From: Actinomycetota bacterium | GTDB taxonomy: Bacteria; Actinomycetota; UBA4738; HRBIN12 | DNA: 58,375 bases | Assembly: GCA_044869895.1 (NCBI GenBank) | Contig: JBIOXZ010000088.1 | Span: 1-58,375 of the forward strand | Direction: 5' to 3' | Made by a program: the position numbers and the translations under genes | Part shown: positions 44,367-52,412 of the stretch, one piece after another | Position numbering within the stretch: the first letter of the stretch is position 1 | Layout: each line of letters opens with the position of its first letter | Notes under the pieces: generated by a model | Databases searched by the model: none | The model's input: the letters and a program-made list of their open reading frames with translations, nothing else | What the model was told of the DNA's origin: nothing

Positions 44367-44403
44367 GTTCCACATATTGGTATCATGTTCCACTATTTGG
44401 AAC
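44363..44403. promoter_or_regulatory. two 20-nt-spaced direct repeats, each containing a GTTCCA-N5-TGG(A/T)A(C/T) inverted repeat (candidate IclR operator)
   Basis: TCATGTTCCAC occurs at 44363-44373 and 44383-44393. Box 2 (44387-44403, GTTCCACTATTTGGAAC) is a perfect 6-5-6 palindrome. Box 1 (44367-44383, GTTCCACATATTGGTAT) is imperfect. Both annotated start codons lie inside the repeats. Confidence 0.45.
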
Positions 44404-45842
44404 AACCGGAAAGGCGAATCACGACGGGCACCACGCTCTCGCAGAAGGTGTGGGACCAACACCTCGTCCACCGCGCCGAGGGCGAGCCCGACATCCTCTA
44501 CGTCGACCTTCACCTTGTCCACGAGGTCACCAGCCCGCAGGCGTTCGACGGTCTCCACCTCGGGGGACGGCCCGTGCGTCGGCCCGACCTCACCCTGGCG
44601 ACGATGGACCACAACGTCCCCACGGCGCCGGGTCCCCAGGACCCAGTCTCCCTTCGTCAGATGGAAGCCCTGGAGCGCAATTGCGCGGAGTTCGGCATCG
44701 AGCTTTACCCGACGGGCCACGTCGGCCAGGGCATCGTCCACGTGATCGGTCCGCAGATGGGCCTGACCCAGCCCGGACTGGTCATCGTCTGCGGGGACTC
44801 TCACACCTCGACCCACGGCGCGTTCGGGGCGCTCGCCTTCGGGATCGGGACGAGCGAGGTGGAGCACGTCCTGGCCACCCAGACCCTCCCGCAGTCCACG
44901 CCGGGATCGATGGCCGTCACGGTGGACGGTGAACTGCCGCCGGGAGTCGCGGCCAAGGACGTCATCCTCGGCGTGATCGCCCGGATCGGGACCGGCGGTG
45001 GCGTGGGCCACGTCATCGAATACCGAGGCTCCGCCATCCGGTCGCTGTCCATGGAGGGCCGGATGACCGTGTGCAACATGTCGATCGAGGCCGGTGCCCG
45101 GGCCGGCATGGTCGCCGCGGATGACACGACCTTCGCGTACGTCGAGGGCCGGCCCCACGCGCCGAAGGGCGTGGCATGGGAGCGGGCTCTGGACCACTGG
45201 CGCTCGCTTCGCACCGACCCCGAGGCGGCGTTCGACCGTGAGGTGCGGATCGACGCGCGCGAGCTCACCCCGTACGTCTCCTGGGGGACGAACCCGGCGC
45301 AGACCGTCTCGATCGACGCCGCGGTCCCCGACCCGGCCTCGTTCGAGGATCCGATCCACCGGGAGTCGGCCGAGCGCGCGCTGGCCTACATGGCCCTTCG
45401 GCCGGGCACGGCCATCCGGGACATCAGGCCGGACACCGTGTTCATCGGCTCCTGCACCAACAGCCGCATCGAGGACCTCCGGGTCGCGGCCGATGTGGTA
45501 CGGGGCAGGCGCGTCCGCGATGGCCTGCGGGCGATGGTCGTGCCGGGGTCGATGCTGGTGAAGGCCCAGGCCGAGCGGGAGGGCCTGGACCTGGTGTTCC
45601 GTGCAGCAGGGTTCGACTGGCGCGATGCAGGATGCTCGATGTGCCTCGGGATGAACCCGGATCAGCTCTCCCCCGGGGAACGGTGCGCCTCGACATCGAA
45701 CCGCAACTTCGAGGGCCGCCAGGGAAAAGGTGGCCGGACCCATCTGGTCAGCCCGGCCGTCGCCGCGGCCACCGCCGTCGCCGGCCACTTCTGCACCCCG
45801 GCCGACCTGGGCATCGAACGGCGAGTGGCGGACGGAGGGTAG
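44385..45842 (+). CDS. leuC: 3-isopropylmalate dehydratase large subunit
   Basis: Motifs are [66 protein letters not shown] and [13 protein letters not shown] 44385 or TTG 44397 could be the start. Confidence 0.95.
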   Translation: MFHYLEQPERRITTGTTLSQKVWDQHLVHRAEGEPDILYVDLHLVHEVTSPQAFDGLHLGGRPVRRPDLTLATMDHNVPTAPGPQDPVSLRQMEALERNCAEFGIELYPTGHVGQGIVHVIGPQMGLTQPGLVIVCGDSHTSTHGAFGALAFGIGTSEVEHVLATQTLPQSTPGSMAVTVDGELPPGVAAKDVILGVIARIGTGGGVGHVIEYRGSAIRSLSMEGRMTVCNMSIEAGARAGMVAADDTTFAYVEGRPHAPKGVAWERALDHWRSLRTDPEAAFDREVRIDARELTPYVSWGTNPAQTVSIDAAVPDPASFEDPIHRESAERALAYMALRPGTAIRDIRPDTVFIGSCTNSRIEDLRVAADVVRGRRVRDGLRAMVVPGSMLVKAQAEREGLDLVFRAAGFDWRDAGCSMCLGMNPDQLSPGERCASTSNRNFEGRQGKGGRTHLVSPAVAAATAVAGHFCTPADLGIERRVADGG

Positions 45843-45847
45843 CGAGC

Positions 45848-46444
45848 ATGCAACCGTTCACGACCCACACCGGCACGGCGCTTCCCCTGGACCGCTCCGA
45901 TGTCGACACGGACCAGATCATCCCGGCCGAGTTCCTGAAGCGGATCGAGCGCACCGGCTTCGGCCCGTTCCTGTTCGCCGAGTGGCGCAAGGATCCCGCC
46001 TTCGTCCTGAACCGGCCGGAGCACGCCGGCGCCTCGATCCTGGTGGTCGGGCCGAACTTCGGGACCGGGTCCAGCCGCGAACACGCCGTGTGGGCGCTGG
46101 AGGACGCGGGGTTCCGCACGGTGATCGCGCCGTCCCTCGCCGACATCTTCCGGACGAACTGCACGAAGGTGGGCCTGTTGCCGGTCACGCTCAAGCCCGA
46201 CGCAGTTCGCCGGCTGATGGACGCGGTGACCGAGGATCCGACCACTCAGGTGACGGTGGATCTCGAAGCCAAGGCGGTGAGCGCTCCGGGGTTCGACGCG
46301 ACCTTCGACATCGACGACTTCACCCGGTGGCGGCTGCTCGAGGGTCTCGACGACATCGGCCTCACGCTCAACCACGAGGCGGCGATCGCCGCGTTCGAGG
46401 CGACGCGGCCGTCCTTCCTTCCGACAGCAACTCGGTCAGCGTGA
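45848..46444 (+). CDS. leuD: 3-isopropylmalate dehydratase small subunit
   Basis: MQPFTTHTGTALPLDRSDVDTDQIIPAEFLKRI ... ILVVGPNFGTGSSREHAVWAL. It begins 5 nt after the leuC stop. Confidence 0.95.
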   Translation: MQPFTTHTGTALPLDRSDVDTDQIIPAEFLKRIERTGFGPFLFAEWRKDPAFVLNRPEHAGASILVVGPNFGTGSSREHAVWALEDAGFRTVIAPSLADIFRTNCTKVGLLPVTLKPDAVRRLMDAVTEDPTTQVTVDLEAKAVSAPGFDATFDIDDFTRWRLLEGLDDIGLTLNHEAAIAAFEATRPSFLPTATRSA

Positions 46445-47129
46445 GCGCGTCCCGCACCGCCGCACCACCCGTGTCGTTGTTGAAGTACGCGAACACGTCG
46501 CCGGCTGGGAGCGCCCGGATACGATCGGCCCACCGCCGGAGCTTCGTCCTCGTGTAGCCGGGGGCGAGCGTACGGCCCTGATGGAACCGGATGTACGCCC
46601 ATCCTCCCGTGACCACATCGCGGACCCGGGCGCCCGGCCGGTCGGCCAGCACGAACGCCGCCCCCGCCGCGGCGAGGGCCTCCAGGACCTCGTCCGTCTC
46701 CCACGATGGATCACGGAACTCGAACGCCGCCCGCATGCCCCGAGGAAGCACCGGGAGGAAGCTTCTGAGCCGTTCGAAGTCGACGGGGAATCGCGGAGGG
46801 AACTGGAACAGGACGGGCCCCAGGCGAGGCCCCAGCTCCGTTGCCCTGGTCCACAGGAGCTCGACCGGATCACGGCAATCCCGCATGCGCCGGATATGCG
46901 TGATGAACCGGCTGGCCTTGACCGCGACGACGAACCCCTCGGGGGTCTCGTTTCGCCATCGGTCGAAGGCCTCCGCCGAAGGCAGGCGGTAGAACGAGTT
47001 GTTGATCTCCACGGTGGGGAACCGGGTGGCGAAGAACCCCAACCAGGCCCGTTTGGGCAGCTCAGCCGGATAGAACCGACCCCGCCAGTCGTCGTACTGC
47101 CACCCGCTCGTCCCAACCAGGACCGCCAC
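46368..47129 (-). CDS. DUF72 (UPF0759) family protein
   Basis: MAVLVGTSGWQYDDWRGRFYPAELPKRAWLGFFATRFPTVEINNSFYRLPS is the canonical DUF72 N-terminus. The 3' end overlaps the leuD 3' end by 77 nt (convergent). Confidence 0.85.
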   Translation of the reverse strand: MAVLVGTSGWQYDDWRGRFYPAELPKRAWLGFFATRFPTVEINNSFYRLPSAEAFDRWRNETPEGFVVAVKASRFITHIRRMRDCRDPVELLWTRATELGPRLGPVLFQFPPRFPVDFERLRSFLPVLPRGMRAAFEFRDPSWETDEVLEALAAAGAAFVLADRPGARVRDVVTGGWAYIRFHQGRTLAPGYTRTKLRRWADRIRALPAGDVFAYFNNDTGGAAVRDALTLTELLSEGRTAASPRTRRSPPRG

Positions 47130-47291
47130 ACGGTCACGCTAGCGCCCGAGAGGTCAGGGCGCCGATCGTCCACCCACTGCAGGGGTGTCCGCCGACCAGG
47201 TGGCTGCGGCCCATTCGGGGCCGAAAGATGCCTGAATTCGAGTAGCCCGCGATCGTTCAGGCCACCGTTCCGGCCACCCGATATTGACCAC

Positions 47292-50200
47292 ATGAAGCGA
47301 GGGTGGCTTCTCTACGTCCTGGGCGGGACCCTCTTGCTGCTGGGCTGGGAGTTGGCGCCGCCGCTCAAGATCGGTTTGGTCTTCAACGCCATCGCGTTCT
47401 CCTCACCGGTTGTGATCGTCATCGCGGTGAGGATCTGGCGACCAGAGCACCGCCTGCCCTGGTATCTCTTCGCCCTCGGCCAGACGCTGTTCGTCGCCGG
47501 GGACGTCATCACGCGCAACTACGAGAAGCTCTTCGGCGCGGAGCTCCCCTATCCGTCGATCGGCGACATCCTGCATCTCTCCGTCTACCCGTGCCTGATC
47601 GCTGGTGTGTTGCTGATGGTGTACCGCCGCAGCCCGGGGCGAGACCGAGAGGGGTTGATCGACTCGCTGATCGTGGCGATCGGTATCGGGACGATCTCGT
47701 GGGTGTTTCTGATGTCCCCTCTCGCTCGGACCCCCGAATCGAACGCGATCCAGAAGCTCGTCGGCATGGCCTACCCGTTCATCGACCTCGTGCTGCTCGT
47801 CGTCGTGGTCCGCCTGGCCATCGGCCCCGGGAGGCGCACTCAGTCCTTGTCTCTCATGACGGGTGCGGCCTTCGCCTTGTTCTGCACCGACTTCGTCTAC
47901 AGCTACACCTCGGTGCAGGGGATCGTCTTCGACCAGGCCGGGTACCTTGAGGCTGGCTGGGCCTCGTTCTTTCTCCTGTGGGGTGCAGCGGCGCTGCACG
48001 GCTCGATGCGGACGCTCTCCGATCCCGCCCCTGTACAGGAGCACCGGGCCACGAAGCCCAGGCTCGGCCTGCTCGCGGGTGCATCGCTGATGGTTCCTGC
48101 CGTTCAGATCATCCGGGAGATCCGGGGCGAGCGGGTCGACGCGTCTTTCGTGATCGGTTCGTCGGTCGCGCTGTTCCTCTTGCTGGTGGTCAGGATGGCA
48201 GGCCTGGTGCGACGGGAGGAGCTGTCCGCCGCGCGTCAGAAGGCCTTGCAGGACGCCGGGCAGGCGTTGGTGGTTGCGACCGATCGCGACGGCATCCATC
48301 GAGCGGCCATGCAGTCGGCAGGCAGGCTGGCGGGAGAGACCGCTGCGGTGGTCCTGCTGGTGAACATGGACGGGAGTCGCCCCCAGGAATTCACCGTCGT
48401 CGGTGCTTCTCACGATGACGGCTCGACGCTGGGAAGGGCGGTGAATCTTCCGGCCGTACGAACCTGGAAACGAGCGGATCTGATCGCGCTTGATTCGATC
48501 ATGGAACCCTCGGCGCGACGCGAGCTCGGCGGACTCATTCCGATGCCGGACGAGACACGCTTCGTGTTCGTGGCGCCGCTCTTCATGCTGGATGAGATGA
48601 AGGCGCTGCTCTGCATGGGCAGTGAAGCCCCATTGTCACGCTCGACGTGCGAGGCGCTCGAGACCCTCTCGTCTCAGGCGGCGCTCGCCCTGGAGAGCGC
48701 AGCGCTTACAGAGGACCTCCTCCGCCGGAGGAGCGAGGCCCGGTTCTCATCGCTCGTCCAGAACTCCTCGGACGTGGTCATGGTCGTCGCCGCAGACTCG
48801 TCGATGACGTACGTCAGCCCTTCGGTGGAGCGCGTGCTCGGCCACGAGCCCGCGCAGCTCACGGGCTCCAAGCTCACCGAGCACGTCCATCCCGACGACA
48901 AGGCCCAGGTGCTCCAGTTCCTAACAAGCGGAGACCGCGACGGGGATGACCCCAGGCCGGCACTGACCGAGTTCCGCCTCCTTCATCGCGACGGACACTG
49001 GCTTTATGTCGAGTCGCAGCGAACGAACCTGCTCGGCGACCCCAACGTGAACGGGATCGTACTCAACACCCGGGACATCGGCGAGCGCAAGGCCTTCGAG
49101 GAGCAGCTCGAGCACCAGGCCTTCCACGACCGCCTCACCGAACTGGCCAACCGTGCGCTGTTCCGCGACCGGGTCGAACATGCGCTCGAGCGCCAGACCC
49201 GCGATGGCCGGCCGGTCTCGGTCCTGTTCCTCGACCTCGACGACTTCAACTCCATCAACGATACGCTGGGCCACGCCCTTGGGGATCAGGTGCTGAAGGA
49301 GGTCGCCGAGCGGCTGACGGGGTGCCTGCGCGCCGCAGATACGGCGGCCCGGCTCGGGGGAGACGAGTTCGGCATCCTGTTGGAGGATGGCGGCGTCGGG
49401 TTCGAGGCCGCCGAAGTAGCCTCCAGGATCATGGCTGCATTGGAAGCTCCGATCAGGCTCGGGGGGAGAACACTGTCTGTCCGCGCGAGCATCGGCATCG
49501 CCGCGGCACGCCCCGGCGAGGTGGGCGCGCCGAAGAGCGGTGAGGAGCTCATGCGAAACGCCGACGTCGCCATGTACATGGCCATGGAGGCAGGCAAGGG
49601 ACGGTACCAGCTCTTCGAGCCGGCCATGCACGACACGGCGCTGCGCCGCCTGGAGCTGAAAGCGGACCTCCAGCGGGCCATCGACAATGACGAGTTCGTC
49701 TTGCACTACCAACCGGTCATCGAGCTCGAGACGGGCGCGATCATCGGCTTGGAGGCCCTGATCCGCTGGAACCACCCCGAGCGCGGTCTCGTCCCCCCGC
49801 TCGAGTTCATCCCCCTGGCGGAGGAGACCGGCCTCATCGTCCCCGTGGGCGGGTGGGTGATCAAGGAGGCCTGTCGCCAGGCGGTGCTCCTCCACGACCG
49901 GCTGCCGGTCGAACCTCCGCTCCACATGGCCGTCAACCTGTCTGCTCGACAGCTCCAGCGGCAGGAGATCGTGGGCGAGATCGGAGAGATCCTCACGGAG
50001 ACCGGGCTGGACCCCGGCTTGCTGATCCTGGAGATCACGGAGAGCGTGATGATGAAGGACGTGAAGCTGTCCGTTCAACGCCTCACCGAGCTCAAGCAGA
50101 TCGGCGTGAAGCTCGCCGTCGACGATTTCGGAACCGGGTACTCCTCGCTGAATTACATCCAGCAGTTCCCAGTGGACATCCTGAAGGTCGACAAGTCCTT

Positions 50201-50453
50201 CGTCGACGCCGTCAGCACGGACCCCCGGAAGTCGGCGTTGACCGCGACGATCATCAAACTCGCTAGCGACCTCGAGCTCCTGCCAGTGGCCGAGGGCATC
50301 GAGCGGGCCGACCAGCTCGAACAGCTCCTCGACCTGCATTGCGACCTGGGTCAGGGCTTCTACTTCGCCAAACCGCTCCCCATGGAGGGGGTCGACGAGC
50401 TCCTCGCGGCCAGAAGGGCCCTCGCCCGCCGGGAGACCGAGCTCTCCTCCTAG
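47292..50453 (+). CDS. membrane sensor diguanylate cyclase/phosphodiesterase (multi-TM, GAF-like, PAS, GGDEF, EAL)
   Basis: ATG 47292 inside ORF 46581..50453. The N-terminal region of about 240 aa carries 7-8 TM helices. A PAS module follows (FSSLVQNSSDVVMVVAADSSMTYVSPS), then GGDEF (RLGGDEFGILL) and EAL (IGLEALIRW, DDFGTGYSSL, KVDKSFV, AEGIE, QGFYFAKP). Confidence 0.9.
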   Translation: MKRGWLLYVLGGTLLLLGWELAPPLKIGLVFNAIAFSSPVVIVIAVRIWRPEHRLPWYLFALGQTLFVAGDVITRNYEKLFGAELPYPSIGDILHLSVYPCLIAGVLLMVYRRSPGRDREGLIDSLIVAIGIGTISWVFLMSPLARTPESNAIQKLVGMAYPFIDLVLLVVVVRLAIGPGRRTQSLSLMTGAAFALFCTDFVYSYTSVQGIVFDQAGYLEAGWASFFLLWGAAALHGSMRTLSDPAPVQEHRATKPRLGLLAGASLMVPAVQIIREIRGERVDASFVIGSSVALFLLLVVRMAGLVRREELSAARQKALQDAGQALVVATDRDGIHRAAMQSAGRLAGETAAVVLLVNMDGSRPQEFTVVGASHDDGSTLGRAVNLPAVRTWKRADLIALDSIMEPSARRELGGLIPMPDETRFVFVAPLFMLDEMKALLCMGSEAPLSRSTCEALETLSSQAALALESAALTEDLLRRRSEARFSSLVQNSSDVVMVVAADSSMTYVSPSVERVLGHEPAQLTGSKLTEHVHPDDKAQVLQFLTSGDRDGDDPRPALTEFRLLHRDGHWLYVESQRTNLLGDPNVNGIVLNTRDIGERKAFEEQLEHQAFHDRLTELANRALFRDRVEHALERQTRDGRPVSVLFLDLDDFNSINDTLGHALGDQVLKEVAERLTGCLRAADTAARLGGDEFGILLEDGGVGFEAAEVASRIMAALEAPIRLGGRTLSVRASIGIAAARPGEVGAPKSGEELMRNADVAMYMAMEAGKGRYQLFEPAMHDTALRRLELKADLQRAIDNDEFVLHYQPVIELETGAIIGLEALIRWNHPERGLVPPLEFIPLAEETGLIVPVGGWVIKEACRQAVLLHDRLPVEPPLHMAVNLSARQLQRQEIVGEIGEILTETGLDPGLLILEITESVMMKDVKLSVQRLTELKQIGVKLAVDDFGTGYSSLNYIQQFPVDILKVDKSFVDAVSTDPRKSALTATIIKLASDLELLPVAEGIERADQLEQLLDLHCDLGQGFYFAKPLPMEGVDELLAARRALARRETELSS

Positions 50454-50472
50454 CGATCAGCGGGAATCGACT

Positions 50473-50488
50473 TTCGGCCTAGGCCGAA
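50473..50488 (+). terminator. short palindromic hairpin after the GGDEF-EAL gene
   Basis: TTCGGCCTAGGCCGAA is a perfect 16-nt palindrome (about a 6-bp stem with a CTAG loop), 20 nt after the stop. It is weak and has no U-tract. Confidence 0.35.
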
Positions 50489-50591
50489 GCCCCTTCCGGT
50501 CCATCGCCCATCCCTCGTACGATTCCATTCGTAGCCGTTCCGGGGGAGGCGTTAGGATGCGCGTGCTGGGCCGCGGGGGGGAACGGGTCGG

Positions 50592-51842
50592 ATGAGGGAA
50601 CGGACGGCCGGCGACCGCATTCGCGTCGCCATCGCCGGGACCATCTACGCCAAGCGAGCCCTCGTCCGGCGGTTCCTGGAAGACGACGGCTTCGACGTCG
50701 TGGCCGAGGCGAACGACCCGGAGGGGCTGTTCCCCGCGCTTCGTTCCGAGGAGCCCGACGCCGTCGTCCTCGACGACGACATCGCGGACTGGGACGTCGG
50801 GGAGATCCGGCGAGCGTCGCCAGACGCCAAGATCGTCCTGTTCACATCGGGAATCCCCGGCGAGCGCGACGCTCCCGGCGCCGACGGGTATCTCCAGAAG
50901 GGCGTGGGGCTTGGGGCGTTGACCTCGCTCCTTCGTGAGCTGTTGGCCGAACCCGTCGCGCCGATCCTGCCCCCGGCTCCACCCGTCAGGCTTCCGAACG
51001 GTGCGGCGCACGAGCGCCGCGTCGTGGTCCGGCTCGCGGCTCTCGTTGCGGCCCTGGTCCTGATCGCCACTGGAGCCCTCGCCCTCGTCGGCCAGGTGCC
51101 AACCGGAGAGGAGGGGACGCGGACGCTCCCCAGCATTCAGCCCACGCCACCGCCTGAGGCAATACCAAACGCACTGGATCAGGCCATGGCCGACCTTCGC
51201 GACCTGCGGGCGGCGCTTCGCGACGGCAGGTACGCCCAGGCCTCCGCACTGGCCCAGGCCCTTCTCCTCGACCGCCGGCGGGCTCTGGCCGTGGGGTTCT
51301 CCGTGAGCGAGCTCGACCGGGCGATCAGCTCAACGCTCCAGCCGCTCATGGCCTTCCTCGGCCCAGGCATCCTCGGCACCCTCCAGTCGATCCTCGGCGA
51401 CCTCCTTCCCGCGATCCCCCAGCCACCTCCGCTGAGCGGTGGGGGCGGCATCGTTCTGCCCGGGACCGGCGCGGCGGGAGGAACCGTCGGGACCGGTGGC
51501 GGTGGGACTGGCGGTGGTGGCGGTGGCACTGGCGGCGGTGGCGGTGGGACTGGCGGCGGTGGCGGCGGTGGTGGCACTGGCGGCGGTGGCGGTGGCACTG
51601 GCGGCGGCGGCGGTGGCACTGGCGGCGGTGGCGGTGGGGGTGGCACTGGCGGTGACGGTGGCACCGGCGGTGACGGTGGCACCGGCGGTGAGGGTGGCAC
51701 CGGCGCCGCGACCCCGGGCGGCGGCAACCACAACGGGTGGAGGAACAAGCCTCCCGAAGGCGGCTGGAAGGGCGATAACCCCAAACGTCAGGGCCCGAAG
51801 GACGGAACCGAGCACGGCAACGAGAAGGGTCAGAAGCACTGA
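50592..51842 (+). CDS. membrane-anchored receiver-like protein with helical ectodomain and Gly-rich repeat tail (paralogue of 23039..24367)
   Basis: The receiver-like N-terminus (IRVAIAGTIY ... DAVVLDDDI ... KIVLFTS ... DGYLQKG) keeps the phospho-acceptor Asp, the Thr/Ser and the Lys but not the N-terminal acidic pair. A TM helix (LAALVAALVLIATGALALV) and a helical segment ending SILGDLL follow. The tail is a (G6T)-type Gly repeat with a basic end, GWKGDNPKRQGPKDGTEHGNEKGQKH. Confidence 0.65.
   Translation: MRERTAGDRIRVAIAGTIYAKRALVRRFLEDDGFDVVAEANDPEGLFPALRSEEPDAVVLDDDIADWDVGEIRRASPDAKIVLFTSGIPGERDAPGADGYLQKGVGLGALTSLLRELLAEPVAPILPPAPPVRLPNGAAHERRVVVRLAALVAALVLIATGALALVGQVPTGEEGTRTLPSIQPTPPPEAIPNALDQAMADLRDLRAALRDGRYAQASALAQALLLDRRRALAVGFSVSELDRAISSTLQPLMAFLGPGILGTLQSILGDLLPAIPQPPPLSGGGGIVLPGTGAAGGTVGTGGGGTGGGGGGTGGGGGGTGGGGGGGGTGGGGGGTGGGGGGTGGGGGGGGTGGDGGTGGDGGTGGEGGTGAATPGGGNHNGWRNKPPEGGWKGDNPKRQGPKDGTEHGNEKGQKH
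51494..51702. repeat. imperfect 18-27-nt tandem repeats (ggc/ggt runs punctuated by act/acc)
   Basis: Read directly. They encode TGGGGGG-type units and then three GGDGGT/GGEGGT units. All three plus frames and one minus frame stay open across the region. Confidence 0.85.
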
Positions 51843-51846
51843 CCCC

Positions 51847-52365
51847 TCAGCCGAGGTCCACCCGATACCTGACCGTCGGATAGTTCAGACAATCGATGCG
51901 TTCGGTCGTCGTCGCCCCGTCGAGCTTCCATCCGGCCAGGTCGTAGAAGCGCCGGGCCCGATCGTTCGATTCGAGCACCCAGAGGGTCGCCGCTCCGAAC
52001 CCTCGCTGCCGCAGATCCTCGATCGCATGGGTGAACAGTTGCCGACCAACGCCCCTCCCGTAGGCGCCCGGATCGAGGTAGATCGCGTAGATCTCGGCGG
52101 TGCCGGCATCGGCGTCGGCGTCCTCGCTCGGCCCGGTAACCGCGAATCCCACGACCGATCGTTCCTCGTCCGCGACCCACACGCGCCAGTCCGGTCGAGG
52201 ATGCTCCAGAGCCCATCGATGCTGGGACAGCCGCTCGTCCACGGTCAACCCTTCTAGGTACTCGTCGGGGAGCTGGCCACGATAGGCGGTTTGCCACGAT
52301 CGCACATGTACGGTCGCGATGGAATCCGCGTCGGCCGGGATCGCCTCTCGGATGCGCACGACCAC
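51847..52365 (-). CDS. GNAT-family N-acetyltransferase
   Basis: 3' 172 codons of ORF 51847..52821, with a GTG start at 52365 or 52359. The acetyl-CoA motif is AIYLDPGAYGRGVGRQLFTHAIEDLRQRG, and the C-terminus has ARRFYDLAGW. Confidence 0.85.
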   Translation of the reverse strand: MVVRIREAIPADADSIATVHVRSWQTAYRGQLPDEYLEGLTVDERLSQHRWALEHPRPDWRVWVADEERSVVGFAVTGPSEDADADAGTAEIYAIYLDPGAYGRGVGRQLFTHAIEDLRQRGFGAATLWVLESNDRARRFYDLAGWKLDGATTTERIDCLNYPTVRYRVDLG

Positions 52366-52412
52366 GCCGGGAGGATATCGAAGCGGTGGGGGCTCCCCGT
52401 TCCCGACCCGGG

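Noticed and set aside
43548-45788. A 746-aa minus-strand ORF that appears to extend the IclR regulator far upstream, antisense to leuC.
   Set aside because: Only the last 272 codons (from ATG 44366) look like a real protein (IclR wHTH plus effector domain). The rest is Arg/Pro/Gly-rich antisense of the strongly conserved leuC. Such long open antisense frames are expected in very GC-rich DNA.
51179-52257. A poly-Pro ORF on the minus strand (51179..51784, PPVPPSPPVPPPPPP...) and a (Val-Ala)n ORF in the +1 frame (51439..52257) cross the Gly-repeat DNA.
   Set aside because: Both are by-products of the GGN repeat. The +1 frame runs on as antisense of the GNAT gene. The minus ORF has no credible start or context. 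The annotated frame regains high third-position GC and a sensible basic C-terminus immediately after the repeat.
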